Source of the DNA: Bigelowiella natans CCMP2755
Taxonomy: Eukaryota > Protista > Cercozoa
Length of the DNA stretch: 64,000 nt
NCBI GenBank assembly: GCA_000320545.1
Contig: ADNK01001015.1
Location: forward strand, 18,330 to 82,329
Reading direction: 5' to 3'
Shown: piece after piece, positions 1-13,027 of the stretch
How positions within the stretch are numbered: the stretch's first letter is position 1
Layout: every line of letters begins with the position of its first letter
The notes under the pieces: generated by a model
What the model was told of the DNA's origin: nothing
Database searches by the model: none
Seen by the model: only the letters and a program-made list of their open reading frames with translations
Made by a program: the position numbers and the translations under genes

Positions 1-198
1 TTTGGGTCGATTGCTCCCTTAAAGGATCCTATGTCTATCTCATAGTCGTTTCGAGCATCTACCAGCGTCACGTCGGATCTCGTTATTAGCTCGTTCCAAT
101 TCTAACCGATAACAATCCTCTGAACATGCTGGCAGTGATATGTGTGCGTGGTACTCTACTACAACAGGCGCATGAACATTATATCCGCCGCTGTAGTG

Positions 199-229
<31 letters not shown>

Positions 230-1016
230 GCTGTGGTTGTTCTTTGCTGCTGCAACTGCACTGTTAACCCTGGGTTCCACGTAAGTCCCGACTCGTTTAT
301 TGGGATCGATTCCAGGTAGCCCCATCGTTACTGCACAGCAGTATTATCAGATGGAGAACAACATGATCGTCAACAACAACAACAACAGCAATCACCGACC
401 GTGCTCAAAACGAAGCTTTCGAATTAGAGGGTTATGATAAAAAATAAAGCTAGTGGTGCGTGCAGTTTCAAGGATGTCGCTTTTAACACATTTTCCTCAT
501 CAAAGCAGAATATTCTTTTGAGCACTTTTCAATAGGTGGCCGACTACTTCTTCGAATCAACTAACCAATCTCTTTCTTCAATCTTACGCGCATTCGCATA
601 AATGCGCCGTCTGGCCTATCATCAGGATTCATGAGAGATTCTTTGTATGAAAGGCCGTCGCCAACCCCCTGTAGCAGGTAGTAGCCAGTCGCATCAGTCG
701 GAGAGCATATATTCAGCAGCAACAGCATTGTTCATCACGCTTATGAAAGATTATTCTCATGGAATGGAAACAGGCTCTGGCAGATTGGTAAAGTGGACAC
801 TGACACCTCCTACTACTACTACTGCTACTACTACCTCTAGTGCTCTTATTCTTGTCACAACTTTATCAACCCCACGCCTCGGTCCAGCAATAGTTCCGTT
901 TATTCCTTCTGCGGCCTGTGGTATATACATACTTGCACCAGTAAACCACGTGCGCCTTCCCTGCATGTGTTCGGCGTTGTGTATCTAAATCGCGTTTCTT
1001 CTTCTCCTTATTATCA

Positions 1017-1050
<34 letters not shown>

Positions 1051-1193
1051 ATTATTATTTTGTTATTATTATAGTTTTAGTTATGATTCATTGTGATTAT
1101 AACCAGGAGTAAGCTCCCTTTAACTCCATTCTTGTCACAGAGCTTTTGGATTTCTTCTTTGAACCCCTTATACTCTGGTCAATGGTGCAATGG

Positions 1194-1242
<49 letters not shown>

Positions 1243-1473
1243 ACTGATGATACTGATGATAATGGGAGGTCCTTTATTGCAGCAAAACTTGTTTCACACC
1301 TTCGAACGCGAAGAACTTGTACAAGGCAGCAACAACGATGACCGACACTTCAGGAATTTCGGGATCCTGAGCTGCTGGACGGGGGGTTACGTGGCAATAT
1401 TGAGATCGACTGAGAAAACAAGAAGTAGTTCGTTTGACGTGCACAAATCAACACTGATACCTTCGTCGGCCAT
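1..1473 (-). CDS. Multi-exon hypothetical protein, 3' end probably outside the window
   Basis: ATG at 1473 ([11 protein letters not shown]). AG/GT-bounded minus-strand segments read [88 protein letters not shown] and [17 protein letters not shown], separated by microsatellite introns. No family recognised. Confidence 0.45.
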
Positions 1474-1639
1474 AGCAATCACGGTGTATGGAGAACAAGA
1501 AGCTCGTGGGGGGAAGGATCGAATGCGACGTGAAATTTCTTCTAATACCTCCGATCGCTATTTATCAATCTGCGACAAGGTACAAATGTTGTCGCGAAGA
1601 ATAAATCAGAAGGTGTCAAGTTGTCTCACAGCCAGAATC

Positions 1640-3150
1640 GTGTGCAGAATTGTGGCTAGAGCCAGCATTCACCAGTTTGAGCATGCTAGCTGCGAGCTGA
1701 CTAGCACAGCTCTCTAGCTCTCTCTAGAGCCACAGAGTCAACGCTACTGCTGCTGCCAAATGATGATGACTATTGCTACTAGACTAAAGAAGCGCGCTGC
1801 TACGCTCCACAGCCCTGCTGCCTGGCTAGCTGGTGGTGATCGACGTGCGCACGTCTGCATGCACGCAGACGTGCTGGCCTGGTGGCGTGTGACCAGCCAG
1901 CTAGCTAGGCATGTCAGATGTCGAGACGTGTGCTGGCTAGTGTGCAGCACTAGAGCGGGACCTCAACACACGTGACTGCTCTAGTGCTCTGCTAGTCTAG
2001 CTAGCTAGCACTGCTAGACTGACGGTCGCCGCCATTCTGGCATTGCAGATCTGACTAGCTGAGCCAGCTAGCTAGCTAGCCAGTGAGCACAGAGCATGCT
2101 GGTTGACTGCCAGTGCCAGCATGCTCAATGCTGGCTGGCGTGCTGACGTGCTGCGTGCAAGTGCAATGCAGATCACATCCACATGCTGGCATGTGAGACG
2201 GATGCAATGAAGTGATGAAATCTTTTCAATGGTCATCCTGATGTAGCCATGCCAGCATGCAGCGCTAGAGCGTGCTATGGCTAGCTAGCTAGCTAGCAAG
2301 CTAGCATGCCAGCATGCAAAGCTAGAAAGCTAGAAGCGGAACGGCTACAGTGCTTGCTAGCTTGTTTTGTGCCACATCCCAGCTAGACAATCTAGCTAGT
2401 TGGATGGAGCTAGCTTGACGCACGCACAGTTGAACCGGACTAGCAAATCTAGCATGGAGATCGCTAGATCGGACGTGCTAGCGTGCTAGAGTGCTGCGCT
2501 AAACCCCATGCTAATGTTTTTTCTTTTTCAGAATTTGTAATGCTAGAAGGCACTGGCTAGCTAGCTAGCTACTCCAGTGCTGCAATTTAGTGAAATTGGC
2601 GGAACGCAACATGATGATTAGATGCCTCTACTAGCTCTAGCTGCTAGCTAGCTAGCTAGCGCTGTCTGTGCAGTCTAGCAGTACTAGCTACTAGCTAGCA
2701 TGGAGTAGCTCTTTGATCATGCAAGCTAGCTAGCTAGCTAGCTAAGCTAAGCTAGCTAAGAGGGCTAGAGGGGCACCAACCTAGCTAGCTAGCTCACTAG
2801 CTAGCTAGCTAGCTCGGACTACGCATGCCTGCTAGCCTGCTGGCTAGCTAGCTAGATCTAGAGATGCATGAGCTGGTTGCATTGAATTGGATTAGCTAGC
2901 TAGCTAGCAAATGCTTCCCAGTCCGCTCCGCTCTACTAGCTAGCTAGCGCTGGTGCACACAACATGCTAGCATGCTCCACTTTCTAGCTTTACGATACCT
3001 GCCCGGTCGTGCTAGCGTGAGAGGAGTGACCAGCAACATCACAATGTACGTCTGATGCTCACATCTCTAGATCTAGACATCCAGCTAGCTTGGCATACTT
3101 GCATGTCCATGTGCAGACATCAAGATGTGTGCAACTTATCGCTCTAGCAC
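1640..3150. repeat. Degenerate repeat island, very rich in CTAG/(GCTA)n, CATG and TGCA
   Basis: Dense GCTAGCTAGC tracts, no credible ORF, and an inverted copy of the dispersed ~60-bp hairpin element at 2190-2248. Confidence 0.8.
2190..2248 (-). repeat. Dispersed ~60-bp hairpin element, copy 1 (inverted)
   Basis: Reverse complement reads gctacatcaggatgaccattgaaaagattt...ttcattgcatccgtctcacat, matching the copies at 12752 and 34303. Confidence 0.8.
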
Positions 3151-3374
3151 TCGTCGATTTTTTGTTTTATCATTCTTTTTTAATTTTTTTAATTTACAAG
3201 GATCGAAAAACGATTATTTCCCCAGACGATGCTGCGCATCACTAATTTACATGCATGATTAGCTCTGTCTACTATCCAGTAGTGTTTCGTACATGACCGG
3301 CTTCTATGCCATTCACTTCTTCTCGTTCAGCTCTCATTATCAGTCGTGGTATTTGTGTACAATATATTTGATCT

Positions 3375-3923
3375 CTACTTTTTCGTTGCTGCAAATTCCA
3401 TCCTTTTGTCGTTCTCTAGCGCTTCAACGAGGATCTTAAAAAGCACCACATGATAATATTGATTAGTATTAGCAACGAGAACCAATAAAAACGATAAAGA
3501 GAGAAGGGGAAAACTAATACACCTTTGTTGCAGCAGCACATTTCTTGAGAACTGCATACTTTTGCTTTGCATTTTTCGTGCGACTCGTTTCTGCAAACTT
3601 CCTTGTGGTTGCTAGTTTTCTCTGTAACAATAGATGACACATAAACATACACATACACACCATTAGGTAGATACATAATATAATAGTCTTCCTATCTGCA
3701 TTGCAGAAAAGTATAAAACTTTCATTTGTCCATGTTTACCTTCACTAATTGATATATTTGCTTGATGCGCTGAACCTAAAGATATAGAAAGGAAACGAAT
3801 AGGGAGGGGAGGATTCTAGTAAACCTTCTGCTAATCGTCAAGTAATCATTACTACATGTGTAGAATTTACCACACTTTTCCTAAAATAATGTTTTCGCTA
3901 CGGGAAAAATCTAGCGGGTTCAT

Positions 3924-3977
<54 letters not shown>

Positions 3978-4868
3978 TGAGGGGTGTGTGAGTTGTGTGT
4001 TGTGTACAAATTTGACCTGCTCTGGAGTCGAATTAATTTTCGATGCAAAGTTCGGACAACTTCGAACACCATTGTAGAGAAGGCTTACGACAGCTCTAAA
4101 TATCACTGGAAAGTCTCGATATCCCTAAAATTAAGCAGTACTACTGTCATAATCACTGCTTAATAACATTTATGGTCAATTACGAAATAAATCTTTCTAA
4201 TATCACCTGCATGATGTGAACGAGAACGTGAGAGCACAGAGGATGACTGTAGACATTTGGTGCAGTTCTCCAACATTTTGAGAGATTTCGAAGAATTTCT
4301 AGCCCATGCTAACAGTTAGATTTTATAATGCAATACAATTAACCATTAGACACATATCCCATCATCAGACATAGGAAGTATACGAAGTAGCTACTATAGC
4401 AATGATGCAACTGCCATTGAATAATCAGGGTAGAAATAGTTGAAAACTGTTGCCAGTGAGATTAGCTGAAAGAATTTTGTGCATAACCACAAGCACGCAC
4501 ATTCGATAGATAGATAGTTAGATACGTAGATAGCACCTGTATTATGAGGATATGAGGCTGGCTGCGATTGAGACCTTGCATCAAATTTAAAAGGGCCTCG
4601 ACAGCATTTTGATCCACCTAATATTGACAATCATGATGGTATGGAGAAATGAATTCTATGAGATCGGTTCTATCAATAATGGAAAGATCCTCAATCATCA
4701 TAATAAAGGCTTCTACTTACAACTTACCGCCTCGACGCAAAATACGGGCAACAAACGAGTGACTCTTGCCAAGTCCTTACAAGCGCCACCGACCTAAAGC
4801 GAAAACAATTAATTTTTATCTGATTAATACTTTTTTTAAAATAACACTTTTGGTGAGAAAGTACACAT

Positions 4869-4907
<39 letters not shown>

Positions 4908-7900
4908 ATATGTGGATATGTGTGTGTGTTGTGTGTGTCTGTGTATAATATTTTGAAGTATTAAGTTTGGACATTATTCATATAATCTGAGGGAGAATAA
5001 AAGAGGAGGTGAAATAAGATTGGGCAAGAAAGTGAATGCAAAGAGACTATAATTCTCAATTTTGTTTTTTGTATCTTAGATTATCATTTATATTAGATTG
5101 GTATGGCTAGTACAATAATGTCGAGTTGTTTCGCGAGAATAACATTTTTGTTCATGCCGTAAACGAACAAAATTTAGAACCGTTGCAAGTCTCTTGCTGT
5201 CCAGGAGGATTTCGAGAGCAGATTTCATTCTTGCTCCAACAGAGTTCTAATTTTAGAATTGAGTTACATTATGATAATACGCCAGTAATATTATGGTAAA
5301 GGAGAGAAAGAGAGAGAGGTGTAGTCGAACCGCAGCGGAAATGCAAGCACTAAAAAAGCACGGGGTAGTATGAGTAACAAAACTTATAAGGTATGTCATA
5401 CCTCTGGCCGGGAGTTCTTCTCCAATTTTGCAAGACGTGTGTTGATGGACTTGAGCTTCTTATTTTTCCTAGCAGCCTTTCGGGTTCTCTGTCCTCTCCA
5501 CCACGATTGAATCTTGACTGCAGCATTTAGCTTAATCTTTTCAAGGGAGGCAATTCTCTCCCTGATCTTCTTTTGCAACGATCGTTTGGCCAAGACTGAA
5601 CGACACCAGGATTGGATAGCTATTGCAGCAGCATTCTGTTGCTGCATCTGTAGAGCTGCAGCTTCTTTCTCGGCGCGCTTTTTCTTTTCAAGTTCTGCAT
5701 GTAGAATGGTTGCGTACAACCGTCGACCTAGTATTCCACGATACCAGGATTGAATGCGAACTGCCGCCCTTTCGCGCTCTATTTTTCTCTGTTCTTCTGC
5801 CTTTGTCACCATTGCTGCAAAGATTCGCCTTCCCAATACACCGCGGTACCAGGCCTGGACTTGGATAGCTGCAGCGTATTCGCGTTCCTTTTTCTCTTGT
5901 AGTTTTTGAGCGAATGCACGCCTTCCTAAGCTTCCTCGATACCATGCCTGGATTTGAATTGCTGCAGCCCTCAATCTCTCCTTCTCTTCCTGTTGCCTCT
6001 TACTTTCAAGAAGTTTTGTGTATGTTCTTCTGGCCATAGCACCGCGATACCATGCTTGAATTCGACATGCAGATTCGAAAGCAACTCTCTTAGCTTCTTC
6101 CTCCTTTTGGACCATCTCTGCAAAATATCGACGCGCTGCAAGTCCTCGAGCCCATGCTTGGATACGAGTGGCCGCATTATTCTGAACCTTGATGCGTTCC
6201 TTCTTCTCCAATAATAGTTTCATGTACTTAGTTCTTGCAACAAATCTTCTGTAGCAACACTGGATTTGAACTGCTGCTTTGATTTTCAATTTCTCAAGCT
6301 CAGCAGCTTCCTCTTGCATATTCTTGTATAGTTTTCGCGCCTGGAATCCGCGTACGTGAGCTTGTATGAAGATAGCAGCCAACTCTCGCTCTTCTTCCTT
6401 AGCCTTGCGCTCGGCCTCTTCTCTTGCGAGTCTCTCAGCCTCTTCCTTAGCCTTGCGCTCGGCCTCTTCTCTTGCGAGTCTCTCAGCCTCTTCCTTAGCC
6501 TTGCGCTCGGCCTCTTCTCTTGCGAGTCTCTCAGCCTCTTCCTTAGCCTTGCGCTCGGCCTCTTCTCTTGCAAGTCTCTCAGCCTCTTCCTTAGCCTTGC
6601 GCTCGGCCTCTTCTCTTGCAAGTCTCTCAGCCTCTTCCTTAGCCTTGCGCTCGGCCTCTTCTCTTGCAAGTCTCTCAGCCTCTTCCTTAGCCTTGCGCTC
6701 GGCCTCTTCTCTTGCAAGTTGTATGAAGATAGCAGCCAACTCTCGCTCTTCTTCCTTAGCCTTGCGCTCGGCCTCTTCTCTTGCGAGTCTCTCAGCCTCT
6801 TCCTTAGCCTTGCGCTCGGCCTCTTCTCTTGCGAGTCTCTCAGCCTCTTCCTTAGCCTTGCGCTCGGCCTCTTCTCTTGCGAGTCTCTCAGCCTCTTCCT
6901 TAGCCTTGCGCTCGGCCTCTTCTCTTGCAAGTCTCTCAGCCTCTTCCTTAGCCTTGCGCTCGGCCTCTTCTCTTGCAAGTCTCTCAGCCTCTTCCTTAGC
7001 CTTGCGCTCGGCCTCTTCTCTTGCAAGTCTCTCAGCCTCTTCCTTAGCCTTGCGCTCGGCTTCTTCTCTTGCGAGTCTCTCAGCCTCTTCCTTAGCCTTG
7101 CGTTCCGCATCTTCTTTTTCTTTGAGCTCAGCAGCTTGACGTTTAGCCTCCTCTTCTTGCTGCTGCTTGAGTCGTCGTCTACGCTCTGCATCTTGCGCCA
7201 GGATCTCTGCTTGCTTTCGAGCCTCCCGCTCTGCAGAATCTGCAGCTCTTTTCTCACGTAGATGTCTCTTCTCTCTGAAGCGGCGTTGTAGCACCAATGC
7301 AGCTCGCACATGGCGGTGTGCATCCATCAGGTGAGGGAAAAGGAGAGATAGAGTGGTAATGACGGCCTTTTCATCCATTACATGCTGGGAGTCTGCAATT
7401 GTGGGACGAACAAGTCCTGCTACGCCACCCAAAGAGGACACGGCTCGATTGAAAGCTCGCCAGTTGTGCATGCGATCCCTAGCATCTTCTTTGGCCTGTG
7501 TCTCTGTCAAATTGGCCCCGAAACTGTAAAACTGGACCCAGCCTTTGTCGCCGACTTCCTTACTTTCATCGCCGTTTTCTTCTTCCACATTTTCAAGTTG
7601 TTGAAGATGCTTAGCTTTGTTAGTGAATAGCCGGAATTTTTCAAGTGGGAGAATGCATGGGAAGTAGTAATTGAGGATTACGCAGGCCGCCCTTCCATCT
7701 GCAAAAGAGTGAGTGAAATTGATAGCGCGGGGCCAAGAGTACGCTTGAATCTTTTCTTTGTCTGGATACTCTCGCTTCGCTGCTTTCACAACTGCTGCAG
7801 CCCACTCAAGAAGAAGCTGAAGTTGCTCTGGTGCTTTGAAATAAATTTCTTTTGCAGGAGATGGAGGATTGTGAGAGGAGATACTGGTGGCGTTGGTAGA

Positions 7901-10590
7901 AGGGGAAGTGCCATTTACTCGCATAATTTCTGCACGTAACGTTGAAGTAGATAGTACTGATACTTTTCTAGAGAGTACTATCTGCCAGAGAAGACCAAGA
8001 GTATCACGCTGCTTGCCGTCCACGATACCTGCGTGTGATATTCGTAGGAGGCAATGGTTATTACTCGAGGAAGAAGTAACCGAAGTAGCAGCAGAACCCT
8101 TGTCACAAACACTTATTCCAGCCTTCTGCAGGAGTTTCAACGCGAGCTTCACGTTATGAACCTTTCGAAGTCTTGAAGTAGCGGGGAGCCTCAAAGATGT
8201 CTGCATCGTAGATTTGATCTCAGACGCAACTTCTTGGTTAGAAGCGGAGAGATATGCAACTCGACACAATCGCACGCCATCACGAAGGTCAGTTTGAAGA
8301 CATTCAAAACCGAATTTGTACTCCTCCAGTGGCGTCTGCTTGTATGAGAAGGAGATGTTCATCATACCCAAATGTCTCACCAAATTCCCTTCGCCAGCTA
8401 GAAGTTCTTTTGCAAGAATGCCACATAGATCTGCAGAAGATTTGAAAGGTGACTCAAGATTGAACAGGGTCACGTCGGAATCCCCAAGGAGATTATGGTT
8501 CTTCGCTTTCTCAAGGAAAACTACCAGTTGTAAGACTTTTTGGATAATCTTCCTCCCGATTTCTGGAATGTAGGATTCAAATTTCCGTGCAGCCACTGAT
8601 TGTCGCCCGTCACTTAGCTGCAACCTTTCTGTGCATCTTGCAGCTATCTCTTTGTCATCCAGAAGGTACTGCTTCATGCAACCTCTTAGAACGCTTTCAG
8701 TCATAGATTTAAAAGGTATCTTAGATCTGGGAACATTGCAATCTACTCCTAATTCAAGTATAGTTTCTAATCCAATTCGAAGCCATACAAGATTATAATT
8801 GCAGAGAGTGTCAAGGAGCCACTTTCTTAGTCCCACGTCAGCATGGATTTCCCTGTCAGTCCTTACACGGATGTTCCCCCTTTCTACTTCTCTCTCTATT
8901 TTTTGCATGGCTGGGAAAACTTCAAATGACTGGTACAAATTAAATGCCGCAGCGCGTAATTTTGCATGCTGACGCATCTGCAGAAGCCTTGCGACTGTTG
9001 GGACGCCCTCCTCTTTTGAATCCGAAGTTGTTGATGCCATTTTCGGCTCTAGAATGTTGTTAAGGAAAACCGTAAATCCCAACTCCTAATAACAAATACA
9101 AGTAGGATCTTCGTCACATAATGTAATATAGATTAGATACCTCCTCAATAAAATATTAAACGCAACAAATGTGTTGGGCTTGAATGACACCTGTTGAGCG
9201 AAAATGTCGGCTTTCTTTCCAAAAGTTGTAGTTGCCGATTTTGTAGTGGCCTTTTTTCTTCCTCGCTTCAAGTGAAGTTGATGTTTTGATCGATTAGTAA
9301 TTCCTTTTGACTTTCTTAGTTTTATTGTCTTCGGTTCCTGCGACTTCGCCCTCTTGATCTTTTTCATAGAGACTACAATCTTTGACTTTTTCTGTGGTCT
9401 AGACATACCCCTCCTTTTCTTCTTGATCGCTCCATCCTTTACCTCCTAAAATTTCAAAATTATTATACAATATAAATGCACTAAAAGTAAAATTTTACCT
9501 TATTTTCCATTTGGTACTCCTGTGCTTGCTGAGCCAGTGATGTAGGATTTGTGTTCTCCTTCTCGAGAGTTTTGTCATTAGGATCGGCGGCAAGTATGTT
9601 CGCGATCTCTCCCAAAACCTTTTTAGAAACTTTTCCAGAGGATATGGAGGGTCTCCTAAGACACGTTAGAGTATGCATAAGGCATATATAAACACTGATG
9701 CACATTAGTATCATTAACCCATAAGCAGTGCCGATTAGAATCAACTGTAGGGGGAAGCGAGAGTTGAGCTTTAAGGTAGCTGATACCCGGACCTATTTGA
9801 ATGAATAAGTTGTAATGCGATTTTATGAGGATTGGGTTGGGTTTACACACGTAAATAACAATATGAAACGTGCCCTCTCTAATCACTGCCAATACAAGTC
9901 GCAATTGTTACTTTACTGACCGATTTGGGTTCTGGTTTCTTTTGGCGCTTACCCTTTTTCTTTCGGTGACAGCTAGGCTCAATTTCTCTATCAAAAAGAA
10001 AAAGATATTTGATCTGTGGCTGGTCTGGTATGTTGAAGGCATAAATCAAAATACCCTTGTGGATTCCATGTGATATCGATAGTTTCCGACGACTTCTGTT
10101 CAACAGTAATCGAGGTTTCGGAGAAGAAAAACTTCCTGCTTTCAAGGGTCCTAGTATATTTAAAAATAATAAAATTATACTGAGTATAAAGAAGACAGAG
10201 TGAAGTTTCATCAAGTACCGATCGAGTGTCAATGACTTTTTGGTAGAAGTTGGATTTTCAACTGTCAGCTAATAACAAGAATAAATAGCTCATTTCGATG
10301 TGCATCAATATGCAAAGTACATATCTGAATAATCATCCAAACCTTCAGAGTTTTCGACGAACCGCGACGAACTTTTCCAAAATCTAGTATTGGGGGTTTT
10401 GCAAAATGTTCGAGGCGAAGCACCGGGGCCTTGTCATCTTGATTTTCGTTCGAAGGTGCACGGATCCGCTATATTATGATAGTATTGAGAACGAATATAG
10501 ACCAATGGAAACAAGAAGATAGGGTTTTGATACCTTACAAGCAGACCCAGGACCAAGAGGGTTATTCGTGAATATTAGGTTCTCCATTAC
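3375..10590 (-). CDS. ASPM: Abnormal spindle (Asp/ASPM) homolog, multi-exon; true start codon uncertain
   Basis: ASH-domain exons at 10342-10468 (PVLRLEHFAKPPILDFGKVRRGSSKTLK) and 10218-10268 (LTVENPTSTKK). The large exon at 5402-9050 carries YNLVWLRIGLETI, LLAGEGNLVRHL, CH domains (DLRDGVRLCR; SFADGRAAC) and about 9 IQxxxRG motifs. C-terminal exons read GARMKSALEILL, LARVTRLLPVFC and GLNRSQPH. Stop at 3375 after MEFAATKK. Confidence 0.93.
6366..7103 (-). repeat. Coding tandem repeat with a 48-bp unit (KAKEEAERLAREEAER), about 15 units, SAH-like
   Basis: Near-identical 48-bp units inside the large ASPM exon, between the CH domains and the IQ array. Confidence 0.95.
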
Positions 10591-11209
10591 TTACTTACCT
10601 ACATTAGCAGAAAGCAAATCTTGAATTAGATCGCAGAATTAAAAGCCAAATTTTCGGAGGAGAAAACTCATTAAGTTTTTTATCGTTATATTTTCTCTTG
10701 GAAAAGCTGAACTGTTAAGAGAGAAAGAGAGAATGAAGAGAAGGGGGAGGGAAACGAGGCATCGCACAAGTTCCATCAAGTTGCTTGCCTGTTTCAGATT
10801 TAAGTACGAATGTGCGACTACCCTGTTGTGAAGAAATTCGTAAGATGAGGGCAAAAAGGGGGAACGTCTTGAATTTAAAAATGTCTGTGAGTAAAAATGC
10901 AAAGCTGATAAGATGCGGAAGTTTCTTCGTGGAAAACTCGACCACCAACGGATAGGTATTTCATACATTAAAATATCGGTTAATGTTGGATTGCAGGAGC
11001 AGAGTGATTTTGTAGAGATGATGTCGCAGATTCAATTCCGTCGGAATTTAGGTCAAGTCTTTCAAGTTTCTCCACAGAAAATTAAAAATTCGCTGGCAAT
11101 GGCTGCCAGGAAGAGCCACAATAGGAAAAGGAGCCGTAAAGTGTGAGCCAGCAGAGTACAAAGATAGAAGGCTGTGGATTCAGGAAGCGAGAGCTGCACC
11201 CATTCAGAA

Positions 11210-11890
11210 ATGCTATTTGAGAGCGAGAAAATTCGATCATCAAGCAGAAAACGTGTCTCAGTTCTCAGCTCAGCAGCCTTATTACTTGTGGCTGTCCTTT
11301 GGGTATGTAACTCTGAATAAAATGCTTATGATTGACTTGGGCTTTTTTTATGTAATAATTGTTTCCTTAAATACAAAGTGTTGGACACCAGTGGGACTGT
11401 CACATGAGAGCCGACAGCTTAGGTCTGCCACTGAAACGTCCAGAACACCAAATACCATCCGTCGGCACTTACTTCATCTCTGGGATTGGATGGTTCCGCA
11501 CAGCTGTCTTGTTAGGGAGTCTCCTTCAATTCTCTCAGGTCTAGATATGGGTGATATTCCAGCGCTTCATACAAGCGATGATGTTAAAGATGACCCGAAT
11601 CTTGAAAAATCGATTCAAAAGGATCTTGACGTGTCAACTAAGACAACAAAAATTAAGGATGAACTTTCCTCCAGAAGGCTGTATATGCCTGTTGCTTCTC
11701 CAAACCCGCGCAAACCCCGTTGGGCCCGATACAAAAAACAAGATCACCAGGAAGACCAAGAGTTTTTTGGAGCAATTGAGAACTGCTCTCCCTCAGCCCG
11801 AACGTAATCCTTCTCATCTCTTAAAACTATATTTATCTTGATGATTCTTGGTTTTGCAGGGTAACATGGCGAAAAATGCGTCCAGTGTGA
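11210..11890 (+). CDS. Hypothetical protein with a signal-peptide plus transit-peptide-like leader
   Basis: ATG 11210 with an upstream in-frame stop. Exon 1 is MLFESEKIRSSSRKRVSVLSSAALLLVAVLW|gtatgt, spliced in phase to CWTPVGLSHESRQLRSATETSRTPNTIRR... (ORF to 11807). A short last exon is likely, ending at 11890. Confidence 0.55.
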
Positions 11891-12399
11891 AAGGCAATAA
11901 TAGAGTAGAATTAAGGCACATTAATATAGAATAAACTTGTGGAGGCATTTAGAACTTTCACTAGTCAATTAGTTAAATAAAGTATGTTTAACATACGATA
12001 CTAGACACAAAACATCGATGTAAATAAATGAAGATTACAATATCAGAAAGATAGCATATTCTCTATTATATACAAAATACATAATTTCAGAAAAATTAGA
12101 AGACAAGTAAAATATAGATCTGAGTCAACGGAGAACTTATAGAAAAACCGTTGTTGAAACATCCGCGTGAGCCCCGGTACATGCTGGTATCTATGTGTTG
12201 GAACGTAAAGTTTACGTTGGATTATCATAATATTTGTGTATCTCGTTTTAACTCTTATCTGCGAACCAATCTCCTGTCTGCTCCTCGTCATGCTTCGTAG
12301 ACAGGCTTGTGTGTACGACGACAAAGAGATATGTACAGTTATGTACACACGAACGCCAACATGTAACAATGATACATCATATAAAATATCTGTGATTTG

Positions 12400-12987
12400 T
12401 GCATGGCTATATAGAGTAGATTAAGCTCGACCTCGGAGGCTACATAGCTAGATAGTAGCTATATGACGATACAGCAATTTATCGAGTTGTGTTATTGCTA
12501 AAACAATCAATATTAAATCACAACGCCGCCATTAGCTAGCGCTAGAGCGTAGCGTGCGAGTGCGCACCCTTGTGTCTAGTAGCGCATATGTTAGTGAAAA
12601 CACAATATATATGTATAGCATATGGACTCCAGAACTGCTGCGCGCAGTGCGCGGCAACATCGGTCGCATGAGGACGCTTTCAATTGCATGAAGCACGTGG
12701 TGGCAGAAACCAACAGATGTAACATTAGCGCTGTAGCCGCTGCATTGCACAGCTACATCAGGATGACCATTGAAAAAATTTAATTCTTCATTACATCCGT
12801 CTCATATGTATAGCAATCGATCATGGGCAACAGGAATGCCAAAGCTAAAAGATTGACGCAAGATATGCTGAAATAGAAGCGCGCATTGCTGATGCACTCA
12901 AGTACCGACGAACAATACGCGTGCATGCAGCACGCCATGCAAATAGCACAATAACAGACGACGTAATATTATTAAAATATTATATAT

Positions 12988-13027
<40 letters not shown>

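Noticed and set aside
6286-7323. Long overlapping ORFs in alternative frames and on the opposite strand (345, 301 and 257 aa)
   Set aside because: By-products of the stop-free 48-bp ASPM tandem repeat.
12743-12814. Hairpin element as a SECIS, C/D snoRNA or hammerhead ribozyme
   Set aside because: The ATGA/GA quartet, the box C/D motifs and CUGAUGA are not conserved among the three copies.
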